A stretch of 61,774 bases of DNA from an uncultured bacterium (GCA_964483465.1 CAZABG010000003.1:1-61774), one strand, 5' to 3'; positions 17,580-27,082 are shown, counted from the first letter of the stretch. Notes: generated from the letters alone by a model not told the origin. Made by a program: numbers and translations.

Positions 17580-19118
17580 TTAAGTCGCTGCAGGCTGTGG
17601 ATCTTTCGACTTATCCGCAGGTTTTTCGCCGGTAAGGGCAACAAACTGACGGTTAAGCGAACGAACCGCAACAATCCATGCGCCGATAATCACGAAGAGG
17701 ATAATCGCAACGTATGGAGTGATCGCAGAGATCGTACCGAACAACACGAGAAGGCCTTGCTGGACAAGTGATCCGCCTGATTTACCGAGACGAGCACCGA
17801 CCACGTCAATTGCCGCTTTACCTTTCGTTTTAGCTTCTTGGTCAAGCGGAATATAGGCCATTTCTTTTGTTGGGTCGAAGAGCGAGTATTTCGCAGACTT
17901 ACTCATGATGTTCTGAGCCGCGCCGAAAAGTACCGCAAGCATCAATGGGCTGGTTCCCATGTACGCGATGTAGCCCGCTACAAGCGTGCTGTCACGGAAG
18001 AGAACGAACGCAAAGAAGCCAACGCCCGTGATAAGAAGAACGACCGGAGTGATCATAGCAGCAAAGCCCCAGCCTTTTCTTCTAATAACGTTACCACCTA
18101 CGAAGAGCATCATGAAAATAGTTACAAGACCGGTGAAGAACGAGAATCCGCCCATGAACTCAGAGTACTGGTTCGCGTTAGGATACTGAAGCTTCAACTG
18201 GTTTTTCCAGGTTACTTCAACGAGGTTGATCGAGATACCGTAAGCGATTACGAGGATCGCAATGCCAAGTACGTATTTCGATGAAAGAAGGTATTTAAAG
18301 CTTTCAGCGATACCCATTTTTGGTTTCGATTTCTTCGCCTTTTTCTCTTCAGTTGCATCAAAGAAGCGAGGATCGGTAAGAACGTTACGGTTCATCCACC
18401 AGTAGATCGCAACAACTGATGCACCAGCGACGATAACCATCGTCATAAGGTAGTTTAACGAAAGCTGCCATGCCGCTTCTTTCTCAAGGCCGGCTTGCGC
18501 TCTGGAAACCCAGATAATAGCAGGGCCCGATACGAGAAGCGCGAGGTTTGCGCCCAAACCGAAAAGGCTGTAGAATCTTTTCGCTTCGCCAACGCGAGTA
18601 ATGTCATTCGCAAATCCCCAGAAGAGGAGCGAAAGAACTACGGAACCCCAAAGTTCGGAAAGGATGTAGAATAAAGAGAGGGTCCAGTCGCGGTAGCAAG
18701 AAATTAAGCCCGAAAAACCAACAGGAAGAACTGACTGTAACCAGTCGGCTGAAGTTGTCGGTTGGAGCATTTCGCGGTTTGGATAAATGAATACGGCGAA
18801 TAAGCCGAAGAAAACGAGGAACGGCGCGATTGTCGCGTAGAACAGGTTTTCTTTGCTAAGCATATTGCTCAACTTAGCATAAACTAGCATGAAGAGAATA
18901 GCTCCAGGAACTACGCCCCAGAACTTCAAGAATGGGATCGTCTCAGCGCCTGAGGCGGTTACGACGAGCGTATCTTTTGTATCTCTTAGGATCGTGTAGT
19001 TAAAGGAAATAAAGAAAAACAGGAAAAACATAGGCAAGAGTTTTTTAAGCTCAAAATTGTGCACCGGCCAAAAAAACTTTCGCCACTTGCCAAACTCCTG
19101 TTTGGTCTCTTGTGACAT
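17580..19118 (-). CDS. ntt: NTT-family nucleotide (ADP/ATP) translocase
   Basis: About 510 aa with 12 predicted hydrophobic helices. The N-terminal KWRKFFWPVHNFELKKLLPMFFLFFFISFNYTILRDTKDTLVV is characteristic of chlamydial, rickettsial and plastid NTT carriers. The ATG at 19118 is preceded by GAGGTG. Confidence 0.9.
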   Translation of the reverse strand: MSQETKQEFGKWRKFFWPVHNFELKKLLPMFFLFFFISFNYTILRDTKDTLVVTASGAETIPFLKFWGVVPGAILFMLVYAKLSNMLSKENLFYATIAPFLVFFGLFAVFIYPNREMLQPTTSADWLQSVLPVGFSGLISCYRDWTLSLFYILSELWGSVVLSLLFWGFANDITRVGEAKRFYSLFGLGANLALLVSGPAIIWVSRAQAGLEKEAAWQLSLNYLMTMVIVAGASVVAIYWWMNRNVLTDPRFFDATEEKKAKKSKPKMGIAESFKYLLSSKYVLGIAILVIAYGISINLVEVTWKNQLKLQYPNANQYSEFMGGFSFFTGLVTIFMMLFVGGNVIRRKGWGFAAMITPVVLLITGVGFFAFVLFRDSTLVAGYIAYMGTSPLMLAVLFGAAQNIMSKSAKYSLFDPTKEMAYIPLDQEAKTKGKAAIDVVGARLGKSGGSLVQQGLLVLFGTISAITPYVAIILFVIIGAWIVAVRSLNRQFVALTGEKPADKSKDPQPAAT

Positions 19119-19302
19119 AAACACCTCGGTTATAGTTAAATTCTTGAGAGGGGTCTACAAACTGCTATCTTTCAATATCGATGCCGCATTTTGCGTCGGA
19201 ATAGGAAGTCGAAATTGAAATATAAGAGTTTGTAGACGCCTTCTTATATCTTTGGCAATGAGTATAGTTAATAGTTAGCTTAAGGGCAAGGAAAAAATAA
19301 GT

Positions 19303-19809
19303 TTACAGGCTTAGCCCAGAGCTTTTTTTTCTGAATTGAAAGCGGCCTTTTTCAAAATAATATTTACCATCTTCCCAGATGGCTAAATGCTCTGTTAAAA
19401 ACGGCTTATTAAACCCAATTGCAAATTGTATAAATTTATTTTTTAATTTTGGTGGGATAGTCCCTAAATTTAGTCGATTTAATGCCGCACGAATATTCTG
19501 TTTTTTAATTGATTTTAGTGATGTTCGTAATTTAGCTGTAAAATCATTAGGGATATTAAATTGTAAATAAACTTGGCCAGAGGAGGTTATATCGATATTT
19601 CCTATAGTTAATTCTATAGGGGGGTAGTCAAAAAGCTCAAATTCCTGATTTAAATCGATAATGTCATTGCCGTGAAGATCTTCAAGCCAGAATAAAGGAA
19701 TCGATAGTGATTCTGGCTCAAGCCATTCTGTTCCAGGGTAGGGGATTTGAAGGCGGGATATATCATCTATCGTCTCTTTAGGGATAAGGATACATAATAA
19801 TGCCCGCAT
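19303..19809 (-). CDS. Hypothetical protein, possibly a degenerate 2H-phosphoesterase (LigT-like) fold
   Basis: The size (168 aa), the MRALLCILIP start and the spacing of two strand motifs (LSIPLFWL and LNLGTIP) fall where LigT has its HxT/S motifs. Both His residues are absent. Confidence 0.3.
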   Translation of the reverse strand: MRALLCILIPKETIDDISRLQIPYPGTEWLEPESLSIPLFWLEDLHGNDIIDLNQEFELFDYPPIELTIGNIDITSSGQVYLQFNIPNDFTAKLRTSLKSIKKQNIRAALNRLNLGTIPPKLKNKFIQFAIGFNKPFLTEHLAIWEDGKYYFEKGRFQFRKKSSGLSL

Positions 19810-19843
19810 AGTTAGGATTCCCCCCTTTTAAAAGGGGGAAAAA

Positions 19844-20323
19844 TTATATCGTTTGAGCTACCGACTCAACGTATGAATGCCATAGTTCTTCGTCGGTGCG
19901 GTTGTTTTTAATAGAAGCGATTAATTCTCTTTTAATCGATTTCAAATCTCTTTTTGGAGAAAGTTTGCGGATAATTTCTTTTTCGCCTGATTTGCGTGCA
20001 AGTCCAAGAAGAAGATCGATATCTTGTTTTGAAAGGGGAAGGTGATCTTTTCTTTTGCGCGAACCTCTTGGGGCTCTTGCTTTTGGAGGTTGTTTGTTTG
20101 GGCTGTCTAGGTTGATGATGAATTTGTTAATGAGGTGCGAAAGTCCTTCTGGATCTTCGTGTTTCATTTTTCTCATGGAGAAGTGGTGGATATATCCTCC
20201 TTTAGGACCGGGAATATATCTGCAAATATCGTTCTCTTTTTTAACGCCTACTTTTTTAATTGCGCGTTCGATCAATTGATCCAATTGTTTGTTTTCCTGC
20301 TTTTTTTCTGTGGCAGTGCTCAT
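19844..20323 (-). CDS. euo: EUO-like chlamydial DNA-binding transcriptional repressor
   Basis: 159 aa. The segment CRYIPGPKGGYIHHFSMRKMK...PPKARAPRGSRKRKDHLPLSKQDIDLL resembles my recollection of chlamydial EUO. Not verified by alignment. Confidence 0.5.
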   Translation of the reverse strand: MSTATEKKQENKQLDQLIERAIKKVGVKKENDICRYIPGPKGGYIHHFSMRKMKHEDPEGLSHLINKFIINLDSPNKQPPKARAPRGSRKRKDHLPLSKQDIDLLLGLARKSGEKEIIRKLSPKRDLKSIKRELIASIKNNRTDEELWHSYVESVAQTI

Positions 20324-20524
20324 TATTTAGTTCCTTCTTTATACTACACGTCAATATCTATTGATATTGATCAATTCGTTAATTTCACCCGTGTTCAATA
20401 GTTTCTATTGGTTGTAATTTCAACCCAAAAAATAAAACCATTTCACTAATCTATTAGGCTCGCCTAATAAATCAGGGGAAATTTAGAAAATATAGAGATT
20501 TAATGCAACATACTTGCTTAAAAA

Positions 20525-21616
20525 ATGAATAGTATTTGCAGATACATCATGATATATTTTCCAAGTGTTATGAGATTACCTCTTTATTCAAATAAGATCG
20601 AAAATCGTTTCAGAAAAGTAATTGCTGTCGCTGCCGGAAAAGGCGGAGTAGGTAAATCAACAATTGCTTCCACGCTTAGTTATGCGCTTAAGAATGACAA
20701 AAAAAAAGTAGGTCTTCTTGATGCGGATCTTTACGGTCCGTCCATACGTAAAATGGTGCCGGCTGATACCCAAGCAAATACATTGCAAGGCCGTCACAAT
20801 CCAGCAAGTTCAAAAGGCCTTTTATCTCTTTCATTTTCTGATTTTAAAAATAGCCTTCAAACTAATTCAATGCGTGCGCCGCTTGTTGATAAATGGATTC
20901 GTGAGTTTACGAATAATACAAATTGGGGCGAACTTGATTGTTTAATTATTGATTGTCCGCCTGGAACGGGCGATATCCTTTTGAGTTTATCGCAGCAAAT
21001 CAAAATAGATAATGTAATTGTTGTAACAACTCCTCAAGAAGTTGCTTTAATCGATGTAAGACGGACGATTAAATTCTTTGAAGCGATGGATGTGCCGGTT
21101 TTGGGAATCGTTGAAAACATGATCTACTTACAGGTGAACGATGAAAGAATCGAGCTTTTTGGATCAGGCGGAGGCGCTTCTTTATCAAACGAGTTTAAAA
21201 TTCCTTTAATTGCAAAGCTTCCTTTTGTTCCAAAAATGGGGGCTCTTGCCGATAAAGGATTTCATATTTATGAATCTTTAGATCCCGATTTCGAGGGTTT
21301 AAAAACGGAAATTGGCAAAATTATGTCAAAAATCGGATTTGAAAAAGACCAGGACCCTGTTTTAGCGCTTCATGGCCCTAATGCATTTTCAATAACATTT
21401 GCCGATGGGCATAAAAGGGTGTATCATTTAGGAGATCTACAGCAAAGCTGTCCTTGTGCAAAATGTCAGGAAGAGAAAGCTCCTTTTAATGCAGATCTGA
21501 CTGCAAAAGGGGTTAGCGCAGTGGGAAGATATGCGATTAAGGTGGATTTTGATAAGGGATGCTCAAACGGCATATATCCGTTTAAGCTTTTAAAAACTTT
21601 GGGAACGCCAATATGA
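20525..21616 (+). CDS. mrp: Mrp/ApbC-type Fe-S cluster carrier ATPase with a C-terminal DUF971-like domain
   Basis: Deviant Walker A AAGKGGVGKST, a CPPGTGD motif, and a ~90-aa C-terminal extension with CPCAKC and GIYPF. The exact start is uncertain because there are several Met codons. Confidence 0.85.
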   Translation: MNSICRYIMIYFPSVMRLPLYSNKIENRFRKVIAVAAGKGGVGKSTIASTLSYALKNDKKKVGLLDADLYGPSIRKMVPADTQANTLQGRHNPASSKGLLSLSFSDFKNSLQTNSMRAPLVDKWIREFTNNTNWGELDCLIIDCPPGTGDILLSLSQQIKIDNVIVVTTPQEVALIDVRRTIKFFEAMDVPVLGIVENMIYLQVNDERIELFGSGGGASLSNEFKIPLIAKLPFVPKMGALADKGFHIYESLDPDFEGLKTEIGKIMSKIGFEKDQDPVLALHGPNAFSITFADGHKRVYHLGDLQQSCPCAKCQEEKAPFNADLTAKGVSAVGRYAIKVDFDKGCSNGIYPFKLLKTLGTPI

Positions 21617-22596
21617 ATATGAAATGGATAGCATGCCTTTTAACGATTTTTTCTGCTTGTTCTTCAGAATCTAATAATAAAAGCGAACTTAAGTCATGGA
21701 TGGAAACATCGGATGAGCTAAAGGTATTGTCAACGACTGCCATGATTGATGATATGGTTAAACAAGTTGGAGGAGATCAAGTTAAAACGCTGATTCTCAT
21801 TCAAGGCGATTTGGATCCACATAGCTATCAATTGGTAAAAGGCGATCAGGAAAAACTTTTGACAGCCTCGGTCATTATCGCGAACGGCCTCAATTTAGAG
21901 CATGGAGCAAGTCTTAAGAATTTTCTAAGCACAAGTTCTAAAGCCTATTTTGTCGGTGATTACATCGCGAAACAAACTCCCGAAAAGATTTTAAAGTATA
22001 AAGGCGAAACAGATCCGCATATATGGATGGATATTTCCTTATGGCAATCCGCCATTCCTTTAGTCGTGCAGGCGCTTTCCGAGGCGCGTCCTTCTAAAAA
22101 AGAATATTTTGAGCTGAGAGGAGAGAAGTTAAAAGAACTCTACTTAAATAAGCATGATCAAGTCAAAGCAATCCTTGCCGAAGTTCCTTCTTCAAAACGC
22201 TATTTAGTGACAAGCCATGATGCTTTTAACTATTTTGCAAGAGCCTATCTTGCCGAGCCAAGTGAAATTGCCGACAATACATGGTCGGAAAGATTTCAAG
22301 CGCCGGAAGGCCTCGCTCCGGATAGCCAATTATCTTTAAATGACATTCGGCATATTGTAGAACATTTGAAGAAATACAATATCAGAGTCATTTTCCCTGA
22401 ATCAAATCTTAGTCCCGATTCTTTAAAGAAGATTGTTGATGCAGCAGGAAGAGAAGGAGTAAATGTCTCGCTTGGCAACCCCTATCTTTATGGCGATGCG
22501 ATGGGCCCAAAAGGCTCCGATGGTGATACCTATTTAAAAATGATTGAACATAACGCGAAGACTATCCGCGAAGATATCATGGAGGCGGCTCGTTGA
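21613..22596 (+). CDS. ytgA: Metal (Mn/Fe/Zn) ABC transporter substrate-binding lipoprotein, TroA/ZnuA cluster
   Basis: A lipobox (LTIFSAC), metal-ligand contexts DPHSYQ and DPHIWMD, and a 4-nt overlap with mrp. Confidence 0.85.
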   Translation: MNMKWIACLLTIFSACSSESNNKSELKSWMETSDELKVLSTTAMIDDMVKQVGGDQVKTLILIQGDLDPHSYQLVKGDQEKLLTASVIIANGLNLEHGASLKNFLSTSSKAYFVGDYIAKQTPEKILKYKGETDPHIWMDISLWQSAIPLVVQALSEARPSKKEYFELRGEKLKELYLNKHDQVKAILAEVPSSKRYLVTSHDAFNYFARAYLAEPSEIADNTWSERFQAPEGLAPDSQLSLNDIRHIVEHLKKYNIRVIFPESNLSPDSLKKIVDAAGREGVNVSLGNPYLYGDAMGPKGSDGDTYLKMIEHNAKTIREDIMEAAR

Positions 22597-23351
22597 AACC
22601 TGCGCTTGATATCAACCAGCTAACAGTTAATTACAACGATATTCCTGTCCTGTGGGATGTGAGTTTGTCCGTACCCATTGGAAAATTGGTAGGCATTGTG
22701 GGTCCGAATGGAGCAGGTAAATCGACTTTACTTAAGGCTATCTTAGGATTAGTGGAACCCGTTTCAGGGAAAATCTCCATCCTCGGGGAAAGCCTTAAAA
22801 ATATTAAGAATCAGATCGCCTATGTTCCTCAGCGGGAATCGGTAGATTGGGATTTTCCGATTACGGTAGAAGAGCTTGTTTTGATGGGAAGATATGGCCG
22901 GCTTTCATGGGGAGAAAGGCTTCGTGAATCAGACTATGCAGCTGCCGATCATGTCTTAAAGCTAGTTGAGATGTCCGACTTTAAAAGCAGGCAAATCAAC
23001 GAGCTCTCGGGGGGGCAAAAGCAAAGAATTTTTATAGCAAGAGCGTTGATTCAGGACGCGAGAATTCTTTTTTTAGATGAGCCTTTTGCCGGAATTGACC
23101 TGGCTTCGGAAAATCTTATTTTATCGATTCTAAAGAAGCTCACGCAAGAAGGTAAAAGCGTTTTTGTCGTTCACCATGATTTACCTGCAATTGAAACCCA
23201 TTTTGATTGGGCCATTTTACTCAATTTGCGATTATGCGGCGTTGGACCTGTTCATCAAGTTTTTAATCCCGTTACGCTGCAAGAAACTTATGGAAAAAGC
23301 TTTCATTTGATTGAAGAGCTTATGAATGTAAAGAGGCAAAAAGAGAGATGA
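22593..23351 (+). CDS. ytgB: Metal ABC transporter ATP-binding protein
   Basis: Walker A GPNGAGKST, signature LSGGQKQR and Walker B ILFLDEP. TTG start overlapping the ytgA stop. Confidence 0.85.
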   Translation: MKPALDINQLTVNYNDIPVLWDVSLSVPIGKLVGIVGPNGAGKSTLLKAILGLVEPVSGKISILGESLKNIKNQIAYVPQRESVDWDFPITVEELVLMGRYGRLSWGERLRESDYAAADHVLKLVEMSDFKSRQINELSGGQKQRIFIARALIQDARILFLDEPFAGIDLASENLILSILKKLTQEGKSVFVVHHDLPAIETHFDWAILLNLRLCGVGPVHQVFNPVTLQETYGKSFHLIEELMNVKRQKER

Positions 23352-24655
23352 ACTATTTTACCGATGCGGTTTTAAGGGCTCCGACACTCGGTTCGATGTT
23401 TATTGGAGCCATGGCGGCTTTGATTGGCGTTACGGTCGTTTTAAGAAAGGAATCTCTTGTCGGGGAAGCTTTATCACACGCGGCATACCCCGGTGTAATG
23501 GCGGGAGTCATCTTTTGGGGCCTGGGTTCCCTATATAATGAGGGAGCCATTCAAATCATGCTTCTAACAGGTGCCTTTATCACTTCATTCATTGCTTATT
23601 TATTGATCGGCCGGCTTGAAAGAATTTTTAATATTCCCTCTGATTCTGCCCTTTGCTTGATTTTGTCTTCCTTTTTTGGGATTGGTGTTTTTTTCGCCTC
23701 CATTATTCAGTTTCAGTTTTCTTCCCTTTATAATCAGGCTCAAACCTACATTTTTGGCCAGTCCGCTACTTTGACCGATTTTCAAATGAGTCTTTTTTTT
23801 ATTTTACTACTCGTGATAGCCGGCTTAATCTCTTTCTTCTATCGTAAAATCAAAATTTATTTGTTCGATGCGAGTTACGCAGAAACGCTTGGTATTAAAA
23901 CGCACGCGATCGAAATGCTCCTCTTTTTTTTAACGACACTTGCGCTTGTAGCCGGAATTCGGGCGGTAGGAGTTGTTTTGATGTCGGCATTAATGATTGC
24001 TCCTGCTTTGTCTGCGCGGGAGCTTACTAATCATCTTGGTAGAATGTATGCGATTGCTGCCCTGCTTGGTGCTTTATATGCCTTTGGAGGGGTTGTTTTA
24101 TCGAATGAGCTATCGATTCGTTTAAGTTCGGATGATCGCTTTTCAATGCCAACGGGGCCAACTATTGTTCTTGTTGCTGCCTTTATCACAGGATTAATTC
24201 TGCTTTTCAATCCAAAAAGAGGCCTTGTCTTTAGGGCCATTCGTACCGTTCATTTTAAAACTCAGACGCTGTACGAAAATATTTTAAAGACATGTTTGCA
24301 ATTGGATAAGCCGATTGATATCTGCGAGTTGCATGATTATTTGCATACCCATTCACTTCGATTAAGGTGGTCGATTAAAAGACTTGTGAATGAAGGGTGG
24401 CTGAAAGAGATCGAAGGACGCTACTACTTAACGGAAGAAGGAAGGATTAAAGCTAAAAGAATTCAGCGTCTTCATCGTTTATGGGAAGTGTATCTTGTAG
24501 ATTATGTAGGTATCAATAAGGAGAGGGTTCATAAAAGCGCGGAAGAGATGGAGCACTTGATCAATCCTGAACTTGAAAAGGAACTGACCAAATTGCTTAA
24601 AGATCCAAAAGTTGATCCGCACGAGAAACCGATTCCGGGGCTAGATGAAGTATGA
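23348..24655 (+). CDS. ytgC: Metal ABC transporter permease fused to a C-terminal DtxR-family repressor domain (YtgC-YtgR)
   Basis: About 290 aa of hydrophobic permease, followed by ..RWSIKRLVNEGWLKE..YYLTEEGRIKAKRIQRLHRLWEVYLVDYVGINKERVHKSAEEMEHLI. That segment reads as a winged HTH plus a DtxR metal-site helix. Confidence 0.85.
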   Translation: MNYFTDAVLRAPTLGSMFIGAMAALIGVTVVLRKESLVGEALSHAAYPGVMAGVIFWGLGSLYNEGAIQIMLLTGAFITSFIAYLLIGRLERIFNIPSDSALCLILSSFFGIGVFFASIIQFQFSSLYNQAQTYIFGQSATLTDFQMSLFFILLLVIAGLISFFYRKIKIYLFDASYAETLGIKTHAIEMLLFFLTTLALVAGIRAVGVVLMSALMIAPALSARELTNHLGRMYAIAALLGALYAFGGVVLSNELSIRLSSDDRFSMPTGPTIVLVAAFITGLILLFNPKRGLVFRAIRTVHFKTQTLYENILKTCLQLDKPIDICELHDYLHTHSLRLRWSIKRLVNEGWLKEIEGRYYLTEEGRIKAKRIQRLHRLWEVYLVDYVGINKERVHKSAEEMEHLINPELEKELTKLLKDPKVDPHEKPIPGLDEV

Positions 24656-25599
24656 ATCCTTATTACGATCAGAACTTCTTTTCTTTTTTTAAAGTCCTGC
24701 TAGGGAGATTGCCGGCTATTCTTTCCGGAGACGTTTTACAATCGGATGAAATTCAAATCATCGTTTTATCTCTTGTAGCTCTTTCAGGCGCTTTAATTGG
24801 ATCTTTCTTGGTTTTAAAGCGGATGACGATGATCGCAAATTCGTTATCACATACACTGCTTATCGGAATTGCTTTCGTGTTTTGGCTTTCTTTTCATTAT
24901 GGAAGCGAAGTGAGCATGACGGCTTTAATGATCGCCTCTTTAGTTATGGCCTTTTTGACGGTTGGCTTAACGCGCTTTTTGATTAATGTATTAAACTTAA
25001 AAGAAGACGCTGCAACAGGGCTTGTTTTCACTTCGTTATTCTCTCTCGGGATTATATTTGTAACCCTTTTGACTCGCTCAGGCCATGTAGGAATGGAGTC
25101 AGTAGTCGGTAATGTAGATGCTTTGGTTCAAGTGGATATTCAACCAGTACTCATCGTGACTTTTTTGAACATTGCCATTTTCTCCTTTCTTTTTAAGGAA
25201 TTTAAATTAACTTCTTTTGATCCTTTGTATGCGAGGTTTCTTGGCTTCTCCCCCCTGTTTTTTGATTCTATAATATTAGCTTTAACGGCGCTGACGCTAA
25301 TTTCTTCCTTTAGAGCTGTGGGTGTGATTATGGTCCTATGCTTTTTGACGGCGCCTGTCCTATCAGCAAGGTTCTTTTTCAAAAACCTTTATTCTTTAAT
25401 ATTATATGCAGGGTTTTTAGGAGTCGCAACATCGATTGTTGCTGTCGCTTTATCTAGGCATCTTTTGTCGGAGAATAATTTAGCTGTCTCAACTTCAGGC
25501 TTAACCGTGCTATTATTAGCTGTGGTTTTCCTTATACACTCTCAATGGTTTCTTTTTTGTAGGTTGCAGCGAAAGAAAACACCCCGGCAGACGCAATAG
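24652..25599 (+). CDS. ytgD: Metal ABC transporter permease
   Basis: A hydrophobic 315-aa paralog of the ytgC permease part, with a 4-nt overlap with ytgC. Confidence 0.85.
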   Translation: MNPYYDQNFFSFFKVLLGRLPAILSGDVLQSDEIQIIVLSLVALSGALIGSFLVLKRMTMIANSLSHTLLIGIAFVFWLSFHYGSEVSMTALMIASLVMAFLTVGLTRFLINVLNLKEDAATGLVFTSLFSLGIIFVTLLTRSGHVGMESVVGNVDALVQVDIQPVLIVTFLNIAIFSFLFKEFKLTSFDPLYARFLGFSPLFFDSIILALTALTLISSFRAVGVIMVLCFLTAPVLSARFFFKNLYSLILYAGFLGVATSIVAVALSRHLLSENNLAVSTSGLTVLLLAVVFLIHSQWFLFCRLQRKKTPRQTQ

Positions 25600-25891
25600 C
25601 GAATCCAAGTAGGCATATAAGAACAATACCCGCTGTGGGGATGGGCAAGAACACGCCTGTAATTATTAGGGAAAGACCGCATATAGCGATCATGGCTGAA
25701 ATCGCATAGAGGGCTGCTTTTTCAGTTAAAGTTTCTACGTCCCTGGTTTCTTCGGATGAGTCGAAAATTTTCTCTTTACGCATATCTTCAACCCATTTAG
25801 GAGGGTTTTTTAGGATTTTACCATAGTCAATGGGTTCAATTTCTTCATTAATTGAAGAGCTTGCGCTAAAAAGACTTCCTATGAGTTGCAT
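25532..25891 (-). CDS. Small membrane protein with a bilobed hydrophobic domain (Inc-like candidate)
   Basis: 119 aa. It carries a ~50-residue hydrophobic block split by PIPT: AALYAISAMIAICGLSLIITGVFLPIPTAGIVLICLLGFAIASAGVFSFAA. It overlaps the ytgD 3' end convergently by 68 nt. Confidence 0.4.
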   Translation of the reverse strand: MQLIGSLFSASSSINEEIEPIDYGKILKNPPKWVEDMRKEKIFDSSEETRDVETLTEKAALYAISAMIAICGLSLIITGVFLPIPTAGIVLICLLGFAIASAGVFSFAATYKKETIESV

Positions 25892-25950
25892 GAGCTTATT
25901 TTACAGGATCGATGTTTATAAAATGTTAAAAATACGTTAAGATTTATCCT

Positions 25951-27075
25951 ATGAAGAAATTGATCATCCTGGGATCTACAGGTTCCATCGGCCTATCAAC
26001 GCTAGACATAGTGGATCATTTAAAAAATGATTTTACAGTTGTCGCCCTTGCCGCGAGATCAAACATAAATGAGCTTGAAAAGCAGATAAGGAAGTATCAT
26101 CCCAAATTGGTAGCGGTTTTCGATCCTAAACAGGCTATGGAATTGAAAAAAAGAGTGTCTGGAGTAGAAATCGTTTCAGGAATGGAGGGATTAAACCAAG
26201 CGGCGTCCTTTAGCGAAGGCGACATGGTGGTATCGGCGATTTCGGGCACAATGGGACTTGAGCCAACTTACCACGCTCTAAAAGCAGGAAAAAAGATAGC
26301 GCTTGCGAATAAGGAAGTTCTGATTTCAGGCGGATCTTTTATCATGAGCCAAGCGGCAGATGGCCAGATTATGACGGTCGATTCTGAACATTCGGCCCTG
26401 TTTCAATGCCTGGTTGGAGAGAAAAAGGAAGAAGTAAGGCGGCTTATTTTGACCGCATCAGGTGGGCCGTTTCGAAATAAAAGTTATCAAGAATTAGAGC
26501 AAGTGACGGTAAATTGCGCCCTTAATCATCCCACCTGGAGCATGGGCCCAAAAATTACCATAGATAGTTCTACCTTAATGAATAAGGGACTTGAAGTCAT
26601 TGAAGCCTACCATCTTTTTGGAATCAGCGAGATAGATGTAGTCATTCATCCTCAAAGCGTTATTCATAGCATGGTGGAGTTTAAGGATGGCTCGATTAAA
26701 GCCCAGATGTCTGAACCTGATATGAAGCTGCCCATCCAATACGCGCTTACTTATCCCGAGAGAAAAGAGGGGTTATTAAAACCTTTTGATTTTACAAAGT
26801 TCAGTAAACTGGAATTTTTTCCACCCGATACGGTAAAGTTTAAATGTCTTAAGCTTGCCTTCGATGCGCTTGAAGAAGGGGATTCATTTCCGGGTACCCT
26901 TAATGCGGCAAATGAGGTTTTGGTCGAGCGTTTTTTGAAAGAAGAGATCTCATGGATCGATATCGGAAATAAACTCGAATCGTTGCTTGCAAGACATAAT
27001 AAATGCGCGATAACCGATCTTTATGCCATAAAGGCTGTTGATGAAAGCGCGCGTGAACTGGCTAAAATAATATAA
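25951..27075 (+). CDS. dxr: 1-deoxy-D-xylulose 5-phosphate reductoisomerase
   Basis: ILGSTGSIGLSTLDIV NADPH motif, LANKE, DSEHSA, and NHPTWSMGPKITIDSSTLMNKGLE. Confidence 0.92.
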   Translation: MKKLIILGSTGSIGLSTLDIVDHLKNDFTVVALAARSNINELEKQIRKYHPKLVAVFDPKQAMELKKRVSGVEIVSGMEGLNQAASFSEGDMVVSAISGTMGLEPTYHALKAGKKIALANKEVLISGGSFIMSQAADGQIMTVDSEHSALFQCLVGEKKEEVRRLILTASGGPFRNKSYQELEQVTVNCALNHPTWSMGPKITIDSSTLMNKGLEVIEAYHLFGISEIDVVIHPQSVIHSMVEFKDGSIKAQMSEPDMKLPIQYALTYPERKEGLLKPFDFTKFSKLEFFPPDTVKFKCLKLAFDALEEGDSFPGTLNAANEVLVERFLKEEISWIDIGNKLESLLARHNKCAITDLYAIKAVDESARELAKII

Positions 27076-27082
27076 GGTAATC

